From the human T2T-CHM13v2.0 reference genome, Homo sapiens, in NCBI RefSeq assembly GCF_009914755.1, contig NC_060934.1: DNA of 64,000 nucleotides; one strand, 5' to 3'. A program made the translations under genes and the position numbers. The notes under the pieces were generated by a model. The model had not been told where the DNA came from. It saw only the letters and a program-made list of their open reading frames with translations, and ran no database searches. Shown here piece after piece: positions 38,892 to 57,280 of this stretch (position 1 is its first letter; each line of letters starts with the position of its first letter).

Positions 38892-39903
38892 TTACAATTT
38901 GGCATGTTTTTGCAGTGGCTGGAACTGGTTGTTCCTTTCCACATTTAGTGCTTCCTTCAGGAGCTCTTTTAGGGCAGGCCTGTTAGTGACAGAATCTCTC
39001 AGCATTGGCTTGTCTGTAAAGTATTTTATTTCTCCTTCACTTATGAAGCTTAGCTTTCCTGGATGTGAAATTCTGGATTGAAAATTCTTTTCTTTAAAAA
39101 TGTTGAATATTGGCCCCCACTCTCTTCTGGCTTGTAGAGTTTCTGCCGAGACATCAACTGTTAGTCTGATGGGCTTCCCTTTGTGGGTAACCTGACCTTT
39201 CTCTCTGGCTTCCCTTAACATTTTTTCCTTCATTTCAACTTTGGTGAATCTGACAATTATGTGTCTTGGAGTTGCTCTTCTCGAGGAGTATCTTTGTGGC
39301 ATTCTCTGTATTTCCTGAATGTGAATGTTGGCCTGCCTTGCTAGATTGGGGAAGTTCTCCTGGATAATATCCTGCAGAGTGTTTTCCAACTTGGTTCCAT
39401 TCTCCCCGTCACTTTCAGGTACACCAATCAGATGTAGATTTGGTCTGTTCACATAGTCCCATATTTCTTGGAGGCTTTGTTCTTTTTATTCTTTTTTCTC
39501 TAATCTTCTCTTCATTCTTCATTTCATTCATTTCATCTTCCATCGCTGATACCCTTTCTTCCAGTTGATCACATCGGTTACTGAGGCTTGTGCGTTCGTC
39601 AGGTATTTCTTGTGCCATGGTTTTCAGCTCCATCAGATTCTTTAAGGACTTCTCTGCATTGATTATTCTAGTTTTCCATTCGTCTAATTTTTTTTCAAAG
39701 ATTTTAACTTCTTTGCCGTTGGTTCGAACTTCCTCCTTTAGCTCGGAGTAGTCTGATCTTCTGAAGCCTTCCTCTCTCAACTCGTCAAAGTCATTCTCCG
39801 TCCAGCTTTGTTCCATTGCTGGTGAGGAGCTGCGTTCCTTTGGAGGAGGAGAGGCGCTCTGATTTTTAGAGTTTCTGGTTTTTCTGCTCTGTTTTTTCCC
39901 CAT
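38892..39903 (-). pseudogene. L1 ORF1p (frameshifted)
   Basis: MGKKQSRKT... and ...RPNLHLIGVPE...KHAKL lie in different frames. Confidence 0.9.
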
Positions 39904-42094
39904 CTTTGTGGTTTTATCTACTTTTGGTCTTTGATGATGGTGATGTACAGATGGGGTTTTGGTGTGGATGTCCTTTCTGTTTGTTAGTTTTTCTTCTAAC
40001 AGTCAGGACCCTCAACTGCAGGTCTGTTAGAGTTTACTGGAGGTCCATTCCAGACACTGTTTGCCTGGGTATCAGCAGCGGTGGCTGCAGAACAGCAGAT
40101 ATTGGTGAACCGCAAATGCTGCTGCCTGATCGTTCCTCTGGAAGTTTTGTCTCAGAGGGGTACCCAGCCGTGTGAGGTTTCAGTCTGCCCATACTGGGGG
40201 GTTCCTACCAGTTAGGCTACTTGGGGGTCAGGGACCCACTTGAGGAGGCAGTCTGCCCGTCCTCAGATCTCAAGCTGCATGCTGGGACAACCACTTCTCT
40301 CTTCAAATCTGTCAGACAGGGACATTTAAGTCTGCAGAGGTTATTGCTGTCTTTTGTTTGTCTGTGCCCTGCCCCCAGAGGTGGAGCCTACAGAGGCAGG
40401 CAGGCCTCCTTGAGCTGTGGTGGGTTCCACCCACTTCGAGCTTCTGGGTCACTTTTTTTACCTACTCAAGCCTGAGCAATGGTGGGCGCCCCTCCCCCAG
40501 CCTTGCTGCCGCCTTGCTGTTTGATCTCAGACTGCTGTGCTAGCAATGAGCAAGGCTCCGTGGGCGTAGGACCCTCCGAGTCATGTGCGGGATATAATAT
40601 CCTGGTGTGCCGTTTGTGAAGCCCGTTGGAAAAGCGCAGTATTAGGGTGGGAGTGACCTAATTTTCCAGGTGCTGTCTGTCACCCCTTTCTTTGACTAGG
40701 AAAGGGAATTCCCTGATCCCTCACACATCCTGGGTGAGGCGATGCCTTGCCCTGCTTCGGCTCATGCATGTTGCGCTGCACCCACTGTCCTGCACCCACT
40801 GTCTGGCATTCCCCAGTGAGATGAACCTGGTACCTCAGTTGGAAATGCAGAAATCACTGTCTTCTGTGTCACTCACGCTGCAAGCTGTAGACTGGAGCTG
40901 TTCCTATTCAGCCATCTTGGCTCCACTCCTCCTATTTCTAGTTTTTTCTTAGGTGATGCCCTGTATGAGTGAAACACTTCAGACTAGCAGACTGGGCTGC
41001 ACTGTTTCTGCGGATCAGTGATTTTAAAACACTGAGACCCCACTGAGTGTTGATCCTCTGGTCTCGTGAGAAGATGCAGCTTCATGTTGGATGTCCAGAT
41101 CAGAGACACTATTTCCCTTGGTGTTTGGGCCAGCTTGCACACACACTTGTGGAGATCAACAAAGAGTGCTGACCAACTGTGTTGGCATGAACGGGAGCAT
41201 CAAAAACCTACTATACCTGATCAAATTAGGTGTTCTTCCATTCAATTTCTACCTGGTCACTGTCTTCCTGAGCATCAAATAACAGAAGAGATCATCCATT
41301 TTTTTGGCTTGTGTAGCCATGCATTATCCAGCCTTGTTTTGACAAGCACAAGCCAGACAAAAAGCTAACAGTGTTCCCAGCCCAAGGCCTGAGGATTGTC
41401 AGTAGCATCCCCACTTGAGCAAGTTCACTTGAATCCAGCACAATGAACTGCCTCAACCACAAGCTGGGCCCTAGTTTTGGGACAGGCATTATTCATCCAG
41501 CTGGGAAGGTAGTGCCCAACACTCTACCACTGAACTGTTCTTCCTTGTCAACCACCTACATTGCAGTCCAGGGGTTTTGTTAAGCCAGACCCCTGTTTCC
41601 CTGCTGCTCACACTGGTGTGAGGTCTCAGGCACATGGCTCTCCTGCTGCCTTTCATCCAGGTGTTCCTCAGGCTGCCATAAGGAGTGCTGTAGACCCACT
41701 AGACTGCCCTAACAGGCTTTCTCAGTCTGCGTCCAGAAAGTCTCAAGGGCGCCCTGCGTGGTCCTCCTCTGGACCTGCTGCCCCTCTGGCCCTGTACCAC
41801 TGTAACCCCCCACAACTGCACTGCCCCCAGCGCATTCTGAAAAATTCTGAAGAGGAAAGCCTCTTCTTCACCCACCTGATGTGGGACACCATTGGATGCA
41901 TCCACCTTACATACTCAAAACATGGGCACCTAGCCTCATTGAGAGGTTCTGGAGGTGTGGGCAGCTTTTCTACTAGAGGGAAATGGCTGCTGGGCATGCT
42001 CTGGTTAAAGGTCAATGGCCAGGTATTTGCCAACTATAAAATGTCTTATAAAACTGGCAGAAAAAACTCCTGTGGGCTTGTTTGCTCCCTGTGC

Positions 42095-42112
42095 TGCCAC
42101 AAGGTGGCAGAA
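42095..42112 (+). promoter_or_regulatory. CTCF motif
   Basis: tgccacaaggtggcagaa. Confidence 0.65.
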
Positions 42113-42152
42113 AAGCAGAGTGTTTTCCAGAGAACTTGGAAGTACATCTGGG

Positions 42153-42185
<33 letters not shown>

Positions 42186-43389
42186 AGATCCTCCCAGTGA
42201 AAGTGCATCTGTGTGTGTGTGTGTGTGTATGTATGTGTGTTTATGTGAGATCCTCCAGGGAACGTGGAATCACATCTGCTTTGTGGGGTTATGTGTGATT
42301 TTGTGAGATTTGGGGATTTTTAAAAATATTTATCTTTATATATATATGGAGAAATACATGTTCATGCATGTAATTACGTGTAGTATCTCTAGTTAGATAT
42401 AGCTAAGTTGCCTCTCACCTACATGAAGAAACACCATCTTTCACTATAAGACAGCATCACATAGTTTATGTTTAAACATCTCTATTTTAATTCTTATTTA
42501 CTTATATGTTTACCATATATTTACATATGGTATATATTTGTTTATATATTTAAAAATATACACATTAATGTGTGTGTGTATCGGTTTCTTTCTAGTTCTA
42601 TTTTGGCTGGTGCCCTCTATGTGTAAAAAACTCTCTGACTGACAGAGTGAGCCACACTGTTTCTCCAGATCAGCGATTTTAGATTTTAACATCTAAATGT
42701 CTCACCCTTTTACCAGCAGTTTGAATATCCAACCCATAATCATCTTCCCAAATCGAATTCTGTATAGACTCTCAAAATATGTCTCTCATTTCCTCATGCC
42801 AACTGCATACTTCAGAATTTATTAAACTGCCATAGAAAATAATATTACATTTAATTTAATTTCAAGGACATCTTCTAGCCTGCCTGAAATTAGGCCCCTT
42901 TCCCTCTAAGGTATTCCTGCCTGAGAGGTGCACCTTGGGCCTCACGTGTGCTCAACACAAGTTGCTCAGTTTTGCTCCCCTTGCTCTCTGCTCCCTGATG
43001 ACCCTCCTTCATAGAAATGAAACTCCAGTGTACCCAGAAGTTTTTCTTCTTTACTTGTTCCAATGAAAGGAGGCAAACCATCCCAAAGAAGCAAAGGTCA
43101 GGTTATAATATTAATAATTATTTTATTGAAAGTCTGACTGTAACAGAAAAGAAGTACAGGGCAGGAAATAAGTTACACCTCAGGCCCAAGCCAGGAAAAA
43201 ACTTGGCCTGCCTTCCCCATTCGGACTTTCTGCCTCACCCCTGACCTGCTTCCAGTGGCTGGGCCTAGTTTACCAGCTTCTTCTGGAAATGCCTTAGAAA
43301 TCTCAAGAGCTCAGAGTGAAAGTCAAACTAACTCCTGGCACCAGAAGGAGAAGGTGACTTTTCTTCATTCTAATCTGGAGTCTTCTCTA

Positions 43390-43728
43390 TCAGCTTGTTA
43401 GGGCCATCATAATATAATACCACAGACTAGATGGCCAAAACAACAGAAATCTATTTTCTCTCAGTTCTGCAGACTAGAAGTCTGATATCAATGGATTGGT
43501 TTCTTTTGAGGTCCCTTAACTTGGTTTCCAGATGGCTTCCTCACTGTGTCCTCACCTGGTCATCATCCCCCATTCTGTCTTCTGTGTCATAATGGCCTCA
43601 TCTTAAGGGACACCAGTTATATTGCATTAGGGCCCATCCCAATGATGTAATTTTACCTTAATTACCTCTTAAAGGCCCTGTCTTCATATACAGTCACATA
43701 TATGAGGGGACATAATTCAGCCCGTAAC
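43390..43728 (-). mobile_element. MLT1A-like LTR
   Basis: agggccatcataa...cacagactag...cataattcagcccgtaaca. Confidence 0.7.
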
Positions 43729-44127
43729 ACCTTTCTTCTGAGTGTTCATTTTCTGCTGCAGGATGGTTTTTGTTGGAATGACTGATAGTATTAATAGGAA
43801 TAGCCATTCCCTTCACAGGTGACCTTATCCCCATGTATAGGAGTATGCTATAGCCCTGTAGTTTCAACTGAAAAAAAACAGCCACATGATAGTCAGAAAT
43901 AAGTATGTTATCCAAAGCTTCCAGTCTTAACTGATAACACATTTTGCTACGAATTGCTTATTTTGGCTATACTACAACACATATAGGCCTGCTTCTTTTT
44001 AGTTTCTCAGTTTCAAAGGTTTGTAGCATCTCCAGGTCACCTCTTCACCATTGCACTTATCATATAATATTGTATCTGTTTACTTGTGTGTTTTCTCAAG
44101 TAAACTGTGAACTCCTTTAGTAGGACT

Positions 44128-44566
44128 GTATTAGGCCATTCTTGTATTTCTGTAAAGAACTACCAGAGACTCAATAATTTATAAAGAAAAGGGGTTTAAT
44201 TGGCTCACAGTTCTGCAGGCTTTATAGGAAACATGGTGCTGGCATCCGCCCAGCTTCAAGGAACGCCTCAGGAAGCTTACAATCATGGCAGAAGGCAGGG
44301 GGGGAGCAGGCACATCATATGGTGAAAGCAAGAGCAAGAGAGAGAGAGAGGAGAGGTAATGAGGGAAGGTGCCACACACTTACACAGCCAGATCTCAGAA
44401 GAACTTCCTCACTATCACGAGGACAGCACCAAGGGCATGGTGCTGAACTCTTCATGAGAAATCTACCCTCATGATCCAGTCACCTCCCACCAGGCCCCAC
44501 CTCCAATACTGGAGATTACATTTCAACATGAGATTTGGGCAGGGACAAATATCCAAACTATATCAG
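44128..44566 (-). mobile_element. MSTA/MSTB LTR
   Basis: tgtattaggccattcttg...atccaaactatatca. Confidence 0.85.
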
Positions 44567-45849
44567 GGACTGTGTTTTATGGATTGTGGAGCTTTTAATG
44601 CAGTGTGCAGCACACAATCGGTGCATAGTAGGTGTTTAGTGGGATCACAGCTCTGCGTTCATGTAATGCTTCATTCAATAAGCACATACTGAACACCAAC
44701 TCCTTCCTGGGCAGCATAATAATGTAGGAGAAAAAGTAACTCATGGTTTACCTGCCCTTATCTCTCATAATACTCAGTCCAACAATCCCAAGATAAGTTA
44801 ATAGGTACTGTCTCCTTTTATATCTGTGTTTCCTCATGGCATTAGAATTGTCACAGGTATGAAAAATTCACTTTGAGTGGTACAATGGACAGAACTATCA
44901 AATTAGAACAAGGAGATTAACTGTCTGTTCTAGCTGGACCATGAATCTCTAAATTCTAGTCTCTACCTCTGCAGATTTAGGAGCTGGCCATCTTTTATGT
45001 GGCTTCCAGCTTGGACAGTCTATATTATATAGAAAATGTTGACATTATTTTGAGATGAACTTCTTGCACAATTTCATCTGTATCACCTGACTGAAGGTCT
45101 GAATGCTAAACACTAAACTATAGAGGGACAATAGACTAGTACCCCAGAAGGAGCCCACAGGTTTTGTTACTCTTTTAATTGAAGGCATTTCACAATTTTA
45201 GTACAGTCATTTGTTTCACGCCTGAGTGATTTAGAATAACTCCTTTTGGTATTCCCAAAATAGGAGCAAAAAGAAAAACAAAAAGAAATCCTCCTCTGCT
45301 TGTCCTATTGGAAAATCTTCTCCTATTATATACCAGAAAGAATGAAAGACTGTATTGTTATTTAAGTTGCAGATATAAATTTTATTATGCAGTTTTGCAT
45401 AAGATGTCTATAATTTTTAGGGTAGAGCAATCTAACCGAGACTCCAAGATTTTTCCTATCAGCTTCTGTGGTTGGCCTTCATAACACCAGGCCCAGGTGG
45501 TCTGAGGTACTAGAAGGTTCTGGTCTGAGCTGGCAGAACATCTGCCTTGTATTACCCTGGCTTCAAAAGGTGTTCCAGGGGTCAGATGTCACAGAAAAAT
45601 CATGAGTTATGAGGCTGATGTGACAAACCTATAACTCTTAAGAACAGACAGAGAACTGACAATAATCATATTCTGAAAATATGAGACAATCTTTGTGGGA
45701 GATAAAAATATGACCAGCTTATGAAGTCTTAAAATAATCAGTACACTGGCATTTTTTATCCTTCCCCCAAGTTATCCCCCATAGAGTAGGTTCATCCATA
45801 AAATTCTGTGATCCATAAGTCACTTGTATTTTATATATAGCCCAGTGAT

Positions 45850-47223
<1,374 letters not shown>

Positions 47224-47673
47224 TGTTGTATTATTCTTATACCAAAATGCTAACTTATTTTTGAAAAAGGAAAAAGCTTATTTTTTTAAAAGAGCTAGTA
47301 AATTTGTAATCTAATTTAAACATTAACTTGTTAATTAGCTCCTTGTTATGGTAATTAACGTGCAGTTTATGCTATGAAGTGACTTCATGCTATAGATTGT
47401 GCTTTCAAGGAGATCACATTCTAGGGAAATATATAAGTATTCTAGAAAATAATTTACCATCACCTTGTATTTTTATTAAAGATCAGTGAAAATATGTGAT
47501 GTTTAGACTGTTGTTTCTGACTTAATAGGAAAATGCTGATATTTCTATATGGATGGAAGACCTTATCCATAAATTTTCATAGATAAATAGAAACATTGCA
47601 ATCAAACTCGTCCTTCTCCAAAAAGATGAGGGAAAAAAGCTCACTGATGTCTTTCTGTATCTTTCTTAAGCTG

Positions 47674-48015
47674 TACAGTCATGTACTGTATAACAATGTT
47701 TTGGTCAACTGTAAGCCACATATATAATGGTAGTACCATAAGATTATAACGCTATATTTTTACTGTACCTTTTCTATGTTTAGATTCACAAATACTTAGC
47801 ATTGTGTTACAGTTGCCTACAGTATTCAATACAGTAGCATGCTGTACATGTTTGTAGCCTAGGAGCAATAGGCCAGACCATATAACCTATGTGTTTAGCA
47901 GGCTACACTATCTAAGTTTGTGTACGTACACCCTAAGAGATTTGCAACAATGATGAAATTGCCTAATGACACCTTGCTTAGACTATAGCCCATCATTGTG
48001 CAACACATGACTGTA
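47674..48015. mobile_element. Tigger3a/MER7-type Tc1/mariner MITE
   Basis: TA-cagtcatg ... catgactg-TA terminal inverted repeats, ~340 bp. Confidence 0.85.
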
Positions 48016-49529
48016 TTCAGAAAAAAGAAAGCTCCTAAAATAAGATACATGAATGATTAAGCAGTGGTGTTTTAGTAGGATTTACAGTGATAAATTATAT
48101 TTATCTTGATCATTTACATGATAGAAATTCTCTTTATGATAGGGATAAATGAGCTAAAAATTGGAAACATACATTTTATAGACACTATTTCTAAAAACTT
48201 GAAACTGGGGGTCTCTGCATTTTTACAGCTGTGACCTTGACTAGTGCTGCCTTTCCCATCTTCCTGTTTATCAAATGGCCTAGAACATTAGTGTAATAGT
48301 GTAGAGTTTGGGCAGATGGGATCAGAACTAACACAGACTGAGCAATTCTGAAATCCTAGGCTTGGCTGTTATTTCTTCTGCAACTATGTGAGACAGACAT
48401 TTGTACTTATTAAATAGATGAGGAATCCAAGTTTCAGAGGAAGAAGTGCCTTGGCAAAGATTGTAGAGCTAGTAATTGACTTTGCCCAGGACAGACTCAG
48501 TTCCTGCCAGAACTCTGAGTTTTCTTCACTACAGAGGTGTATGAGATTTTGGATATAAATCCATGGTAACTAGATATTAACTCTTTTGCAACTGTCTTGC
48601 CAAGACTCCAGGAGTATCATCAAAGAAGAGCCTACAGATGAAGATTGTCAAGGGGCACCTGTCCCAATTCCAGAGAAAAGCCTAATCCAAGGCTTACAAA
48701 TCAGTGTGCATTGTGCATTATGCTTTCAAACTGCTTTCACATTCATCATTTAATTTGATCAGCAATGAATTTTATTAAGAAGAAAATTGTTTTATTAAAT
48801 AGTTAACTTTATTTGCTTTCATTATACTAAATACACAAGATGAGAGCACAGAGGATAATACACAAATCTACCAGGCTAAGGCCCTGGCTGGTTGACCCAT
48901 TCTATTGCTTTTGATCTACTTCTTTTTGAGCCTCCGTCAAAGCAATCATATTAAGCTGTGCCGTGTATGATGCCTTGAGTCTCTTGGCTGCTGTAGCCAA
49001 CCAGGTGCTGCCTGCCACTTGATAATTGGTCCAGTGTTTGCATATGGGTCTTGACAGATCCATCCTCATAATATACTGGCACTTAATTTCAACGAAAAAA
49101 CAAACTGGCAACCAGTTTAGACATGGAAGGGCTGGTCTCTCTCTTGTAGCAGCTGCTTGGAAGAGCCTGTCAGGAGGTAGATGGCATTGGCATTTGGGAG
49201 TGGAGTCACCGTCTGGAGAAGTGACTGTGTTTTTTCCATATGAGTCCATGAAATACTGGCATGTAGAAATGGTTTACAGAAACTACTTAATCTTTTTTAT
49301 ATATATTTTTTAATTATACTTTAAGTTCTAGGGTACATGTGCACAACGTGCAGGTTTGTTACATATGATACATGTGCCATGTTGGTATGCTGCACCCATT
49401 AACTCGTCATTTAACATTAGGTATATCTCCTAATGCTATCCCTCCCCCTTCCCCCAACCCCACAACAGGCCCCGGTGTGTGATGTTCCCCTTCCTGTGTC
49501 CAACTGTTCTCATTGTTCCATTCCCACCT

Positions 49530-53347
<3,818 letters not shown>

Positions 53348-53629
53348 TATGATATTAGCTGGTTATTTTGCTTGTTAGTTGATGCAGTTTCTTCCTAGCA
53401 TTGATGGTCTTTACAATTTGGCATATTTATGCAGTGACTGGTACCAGTTGTTCCTTTCCATGTTTAGTGCTTCCTTCAGGAGCTCTTTTAGGGCAGGCCT
53501 GGTGGTGACAAAGTCTCTCAGCATTTGCTTGTCTGTAAAGTATTTTATTTCTCCTTCACTTATGAAGCTCTGTTTGGCTGCATATGAAATTCTGGGTTGA
53601 ATATTCTTTTCTTTAAGAACGTTGAATAC

Positions 53630-54195
53630 AGTTTGACCCAGCCATCCCATTACTGGGTATATACCCAAAGGAATATAAATCATGCTGCAATAAAGACACA
53701 TGCACACATATGTTTGTTGCAGCACTACTCGCAATAGCAGACTTGGAACCAACCCAAATGTCCAACAATGATAGACTGGATTAAGAAAATGTGGCACATA
53801 TACACCATGGAATACTATGCAGCCATAAAAAATGATGAGTTCATGTCCTTTGTAGGGACATGGATGAAATTGGAAATCATCATTCTCAGTAAATTATCGC
53901 AAGAACAAAAAACCAAACACCGTATATTCTCACTCATAGGTGGGAATTGAACAATGAGATCACATGGACACAGGAAGGGGAACATCACACTCTGGGGACT
54001 GTTGTGGGGTGGGGGGAGGGGGGAGGGATAGCATCGGGAGATATACCTAATGCTAGATGACAAGTTAGTGGGTGCAGCACACCAGCATGGCACATGTATA
54101 CATATGTAACTAACCTGCACAATGTGCACATGTACCCTAAAACTTAAAGTATAAGAAAAAAAAAGAAAATAAAATGCAAAAAAAAAAAAAAAAAA
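53630..54195 (+). mobile_element. Nested 5'-truncated L1PA2-type insertion
   Basis: Perfect 15-bp TSD aagaacgttgaatac (53615-53629 / 54196-54210), poly(A), young 3'UTR diagnostics (gagatcacatggac, ctctggggac). Confidence 0.92.
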
Positions 54196-56026
54196 AAGAA
54201 CGTTGAATACTGGCCCCCACTCTCTTCTGCCTTGTAGAGTTTCTGCCGAGAGATCAGCTGTTAGTCTGATGGGCTTCCCTTTGTGGGTAACCCGACCTTT
54301 CTCTCTGGCTGCCCTTAACATTTTTTCCTTCATTTCAACTTTGGTGAATCTGAAAATTATGTTTCTTCAAGTTGCTCTTCTCGAGGGGTATCTTTGTGGC
54401 GTTCTCTGTATTTCCTGAATTTGAATATGTCCTGCCTTGTTAGGTTGGGGAAATTCTCCTGGATAATATCCTGCAGAGTGTTTTCCAACTTGGTTCCATT
54501 CTCCCCATCACTTTCAGGTACAGCAACAAGATGTAGATTTGGTCTTTTCACATAGTCCCATATTTCTTGGAGGCTTTGTTCATTTCTTTTTATTCTTTTT
54601 TCTCCAAACTTCTCTTCTCACTTCATTCCATTTGATCTTCAGTCACTGATATCCTTTCTTCCAGTTGCTTGAATTGGCTACTGAAGCTTGTGCATTCGTC
54701 ATGTAGTTCTCGTGCCATGGTTTTCAGCTCCATTAGGTCCTTTAAGGACTTCTCTGCACTGGTTATTCTAGTTAGCCATTTGTCTAATCTTTTTTCAAGG
54801 TTTTTAACTTCTTTGCCATGTGTTCGAACTTCCTCCTTTAGCTTGGAGAAGTTTGATCATCTGAAGCCTTCTTCTCTCAACTCGTCAAAGTCATTCTCTG
54901 TCCAGCTTTGTTCCATTACTGGTGAAGAACTGCATTCCTTTGGAGAAGGAGAGGCGCTCTGATTTTTAGCGTTTCCAGTTTTTCTGCTGTTTTTTCCCCA
55001 TCTTTGTGGTTTTATCTACATTTGGTCTTTGATGAGGGTGACGTACAGATGGGGTTTTGGTGTGGATGTCCTTTCTGTTTGTTAGTTTTCCTTCTATCAG
55101 TCAGGACCCTCAGGTGCAGGTCTGTTGGAGTTTGCTGCAGGTCCACTCCAGACCCTGTTTGCCTGGGTATCAGCAGCGGAGGCTGCAGAACAGCGAATAT
55201 TGCTGAACAGCAAATGTTGCTGTCTGATCATTCCTCTGGAGGTTTCCTCTCAGAGGGATACCCGGCCATGTGAGGTGTCAGTTTGCCCCTACTGGGGTGT
55301 GCCTCCCAGTTAGGCTACTCGGGGGTCAGGGACCCACTTGAGGAGGCAGTCTGTCCGTTCTCAGATCTCCAACTCCGTGCTAGGAGAACCACTTCTCTCT
55401 TCAAAGCTGTCAGACAGGGACATTTAAGTCTGCAGAGGTTTCTGCTGCATTTTGTTCGGCTATGCCCTGCCCACAGAGGTGGCGTCTACAGAGTCAGGCA
55501 GGCCTCCTTGAGCTGTGGTGGGCTCCACCCTGTTTGAGCTTCCCTGCCACTTTCTTTACCTACTCAAGCCTCAGCAATGGCAGGCGCCCCTCCCCCAGCC
55601 TCACTGCCACCTTGCAGTTCGATCTCAGACTGCTGTGCTAGCAATGAGTGAGGCTCCATGGGCGTGGGACTCTCCGAGCCAAGTGCGGGATATAATCTGC
55701 TGGTGTGCCCTTTGCTAAGACCATTGGAAAAGTGCAGTATTAGGGTGGGAGTGACACGATTTTCCAGCTGTCGTCTGTTACAGCTTTGCTTGGCTATAAA
55801 AGGGAATTCCCTGACCCCTTGCAATTCCCGGGTGAGGTGATGCCTCGCCCTGCTTCAGCTCATGCTGGATGCGCCACACCCACTGTCCTGCACCCACTGT
55901 CCCACAAGCCCCAGTGAGATGAACCTGGTACCTCAGCTGGAAATGCAGAAATCATCCATCTTCTGCATCACTCACGCTGGGAGCTATAGACTGGAGCTGT
56001 TCCTATTCAGCCATCTTGGAACTGTC

Positions 56027-56307
56027 TTTTTTTTTTTAAGACAGAGTCTTGCTCTGTCACCCAGGCTGGAGTGCACTGGCAAGATCTTGGCTCACTGCAA
56101 GCTCCGCCTCCTCAGTTCAGGCCATTCTCCTGCCTCAGCTTCTGGAGTAGCTGGGACTACAGGTGCCTGCCACCATGCACGGCTAATATTTTGTATTTTG
56201 AGTAGAGACGGGGTTTCACCGTGTTAGCAAGGATGGTCTCAATCTCCTGACCTCGTGATCCGCCTGCCTCAGCCTCCCAAAGTGCTGGGATTATGGGCGT
56301 GAGCCAC
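56027..56307 (-). mobile_element. AluY-type abutting the L1 5' end
   Basis: Reverse Alu lacking its first ~11 nt; poly(T) directly joined to the L1 5' terminus. Confidence 0.9.
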
Positions 56308-56514
56308 GGAGAAATTATTTAATCTTTATGCATATGATATTTGTGAGCTAGGAAACAATTCTTTTACCTTTATTGAAGTAGGGAGGAAAAGAAAGTTAAA
56401 GAAAAAAATAGGAAAATTAAAAGAGGATGTGAATACTCTCTGTGGTTAGATTGTTATTTTGCATATATTACCTACATACCAAATGCCGTGAAATCTGTTT
56501 AAAATGTTCATTTG

Positions 56515-56658
56515 ACTGTCATTTGGTTTTAAGATGGTAGATGTTATTAACCATAACAAAAACCAGCAATGTCACAGCAGAAGATTACTGTCATGTGGTT
56601 TTAAGATGGTAGATGTTATTAACCATAACAAAAACCAGCAATGTCACAGCAGAAGATT
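56515..56658. repeat. 72-bp tandem duplication
   Basis: actgtcat(t/g)tggttttaagatgg...cagaagatt x2, one mismatch. Confidence 0.95.
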
Positions 56659-57059
56659 GGCTAAGTGATCTAAGCTGTACTTATTGATAAGTGGGTGTAG
56701 TCCAGGCCTTATGGGACAACACTTTTCAGAGACTAGATTCAACACTGAAGATGCAGAAACATGGTCAATGTATCCAGTGATAATTAAGTTCATGAATATT
56801 TGAGTCACAAAAACCAAGTTTATTTCTTATAAAATGAATAATGTGGTTAACCAGCTATATCTACATCTACACAGGGCTAAAACTGTAAAGTGACCAGAAT
56901 TCCATACCAGCCAGTCAGAGCAATGACAGCTCCTTCAAATAATGCTTAAGATGCAACACCATTTTTTATTTGATTTTTAAGTTTCCTTTTAGTAGTTTCT
57001 TGGAAGAATACTTTCGTGACATTTCTTCCAATGGAGTACGATGGTAGTCTATTACATCT

Positions 57060-57280
57060 AGCTGTGGAGTCAGAAAATATCTAAATTCTAATTCCTATTC
57101 TGCCAGTTATTAGTTGTTTCACTCCAAGAAAGTAGTTCAAACTACTTGTACTTTAGTTTCTGGAGAACTGAAATGGAAACAATATCTTTGTAGGTATTTT
57201 CAAAGCTTTGCAGATAATGTTTATAAAACATCTGCTACAGAGCCTAGCACATAATAGGTATTTAATAAATGATGGCTATC
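57060..57280 (+). mobile_element. MIR
   Basis: tggagtcaga...ttctaattcc...cagagcctagcacataataggtatttaataaat. Confidence 0.55.

Noticed and set aside
41561-42298. 245-aa ORF
   Set aside because: Non-ATG start; runs through an array unit and (TG)n repeats; the homologous units do not keep the frame
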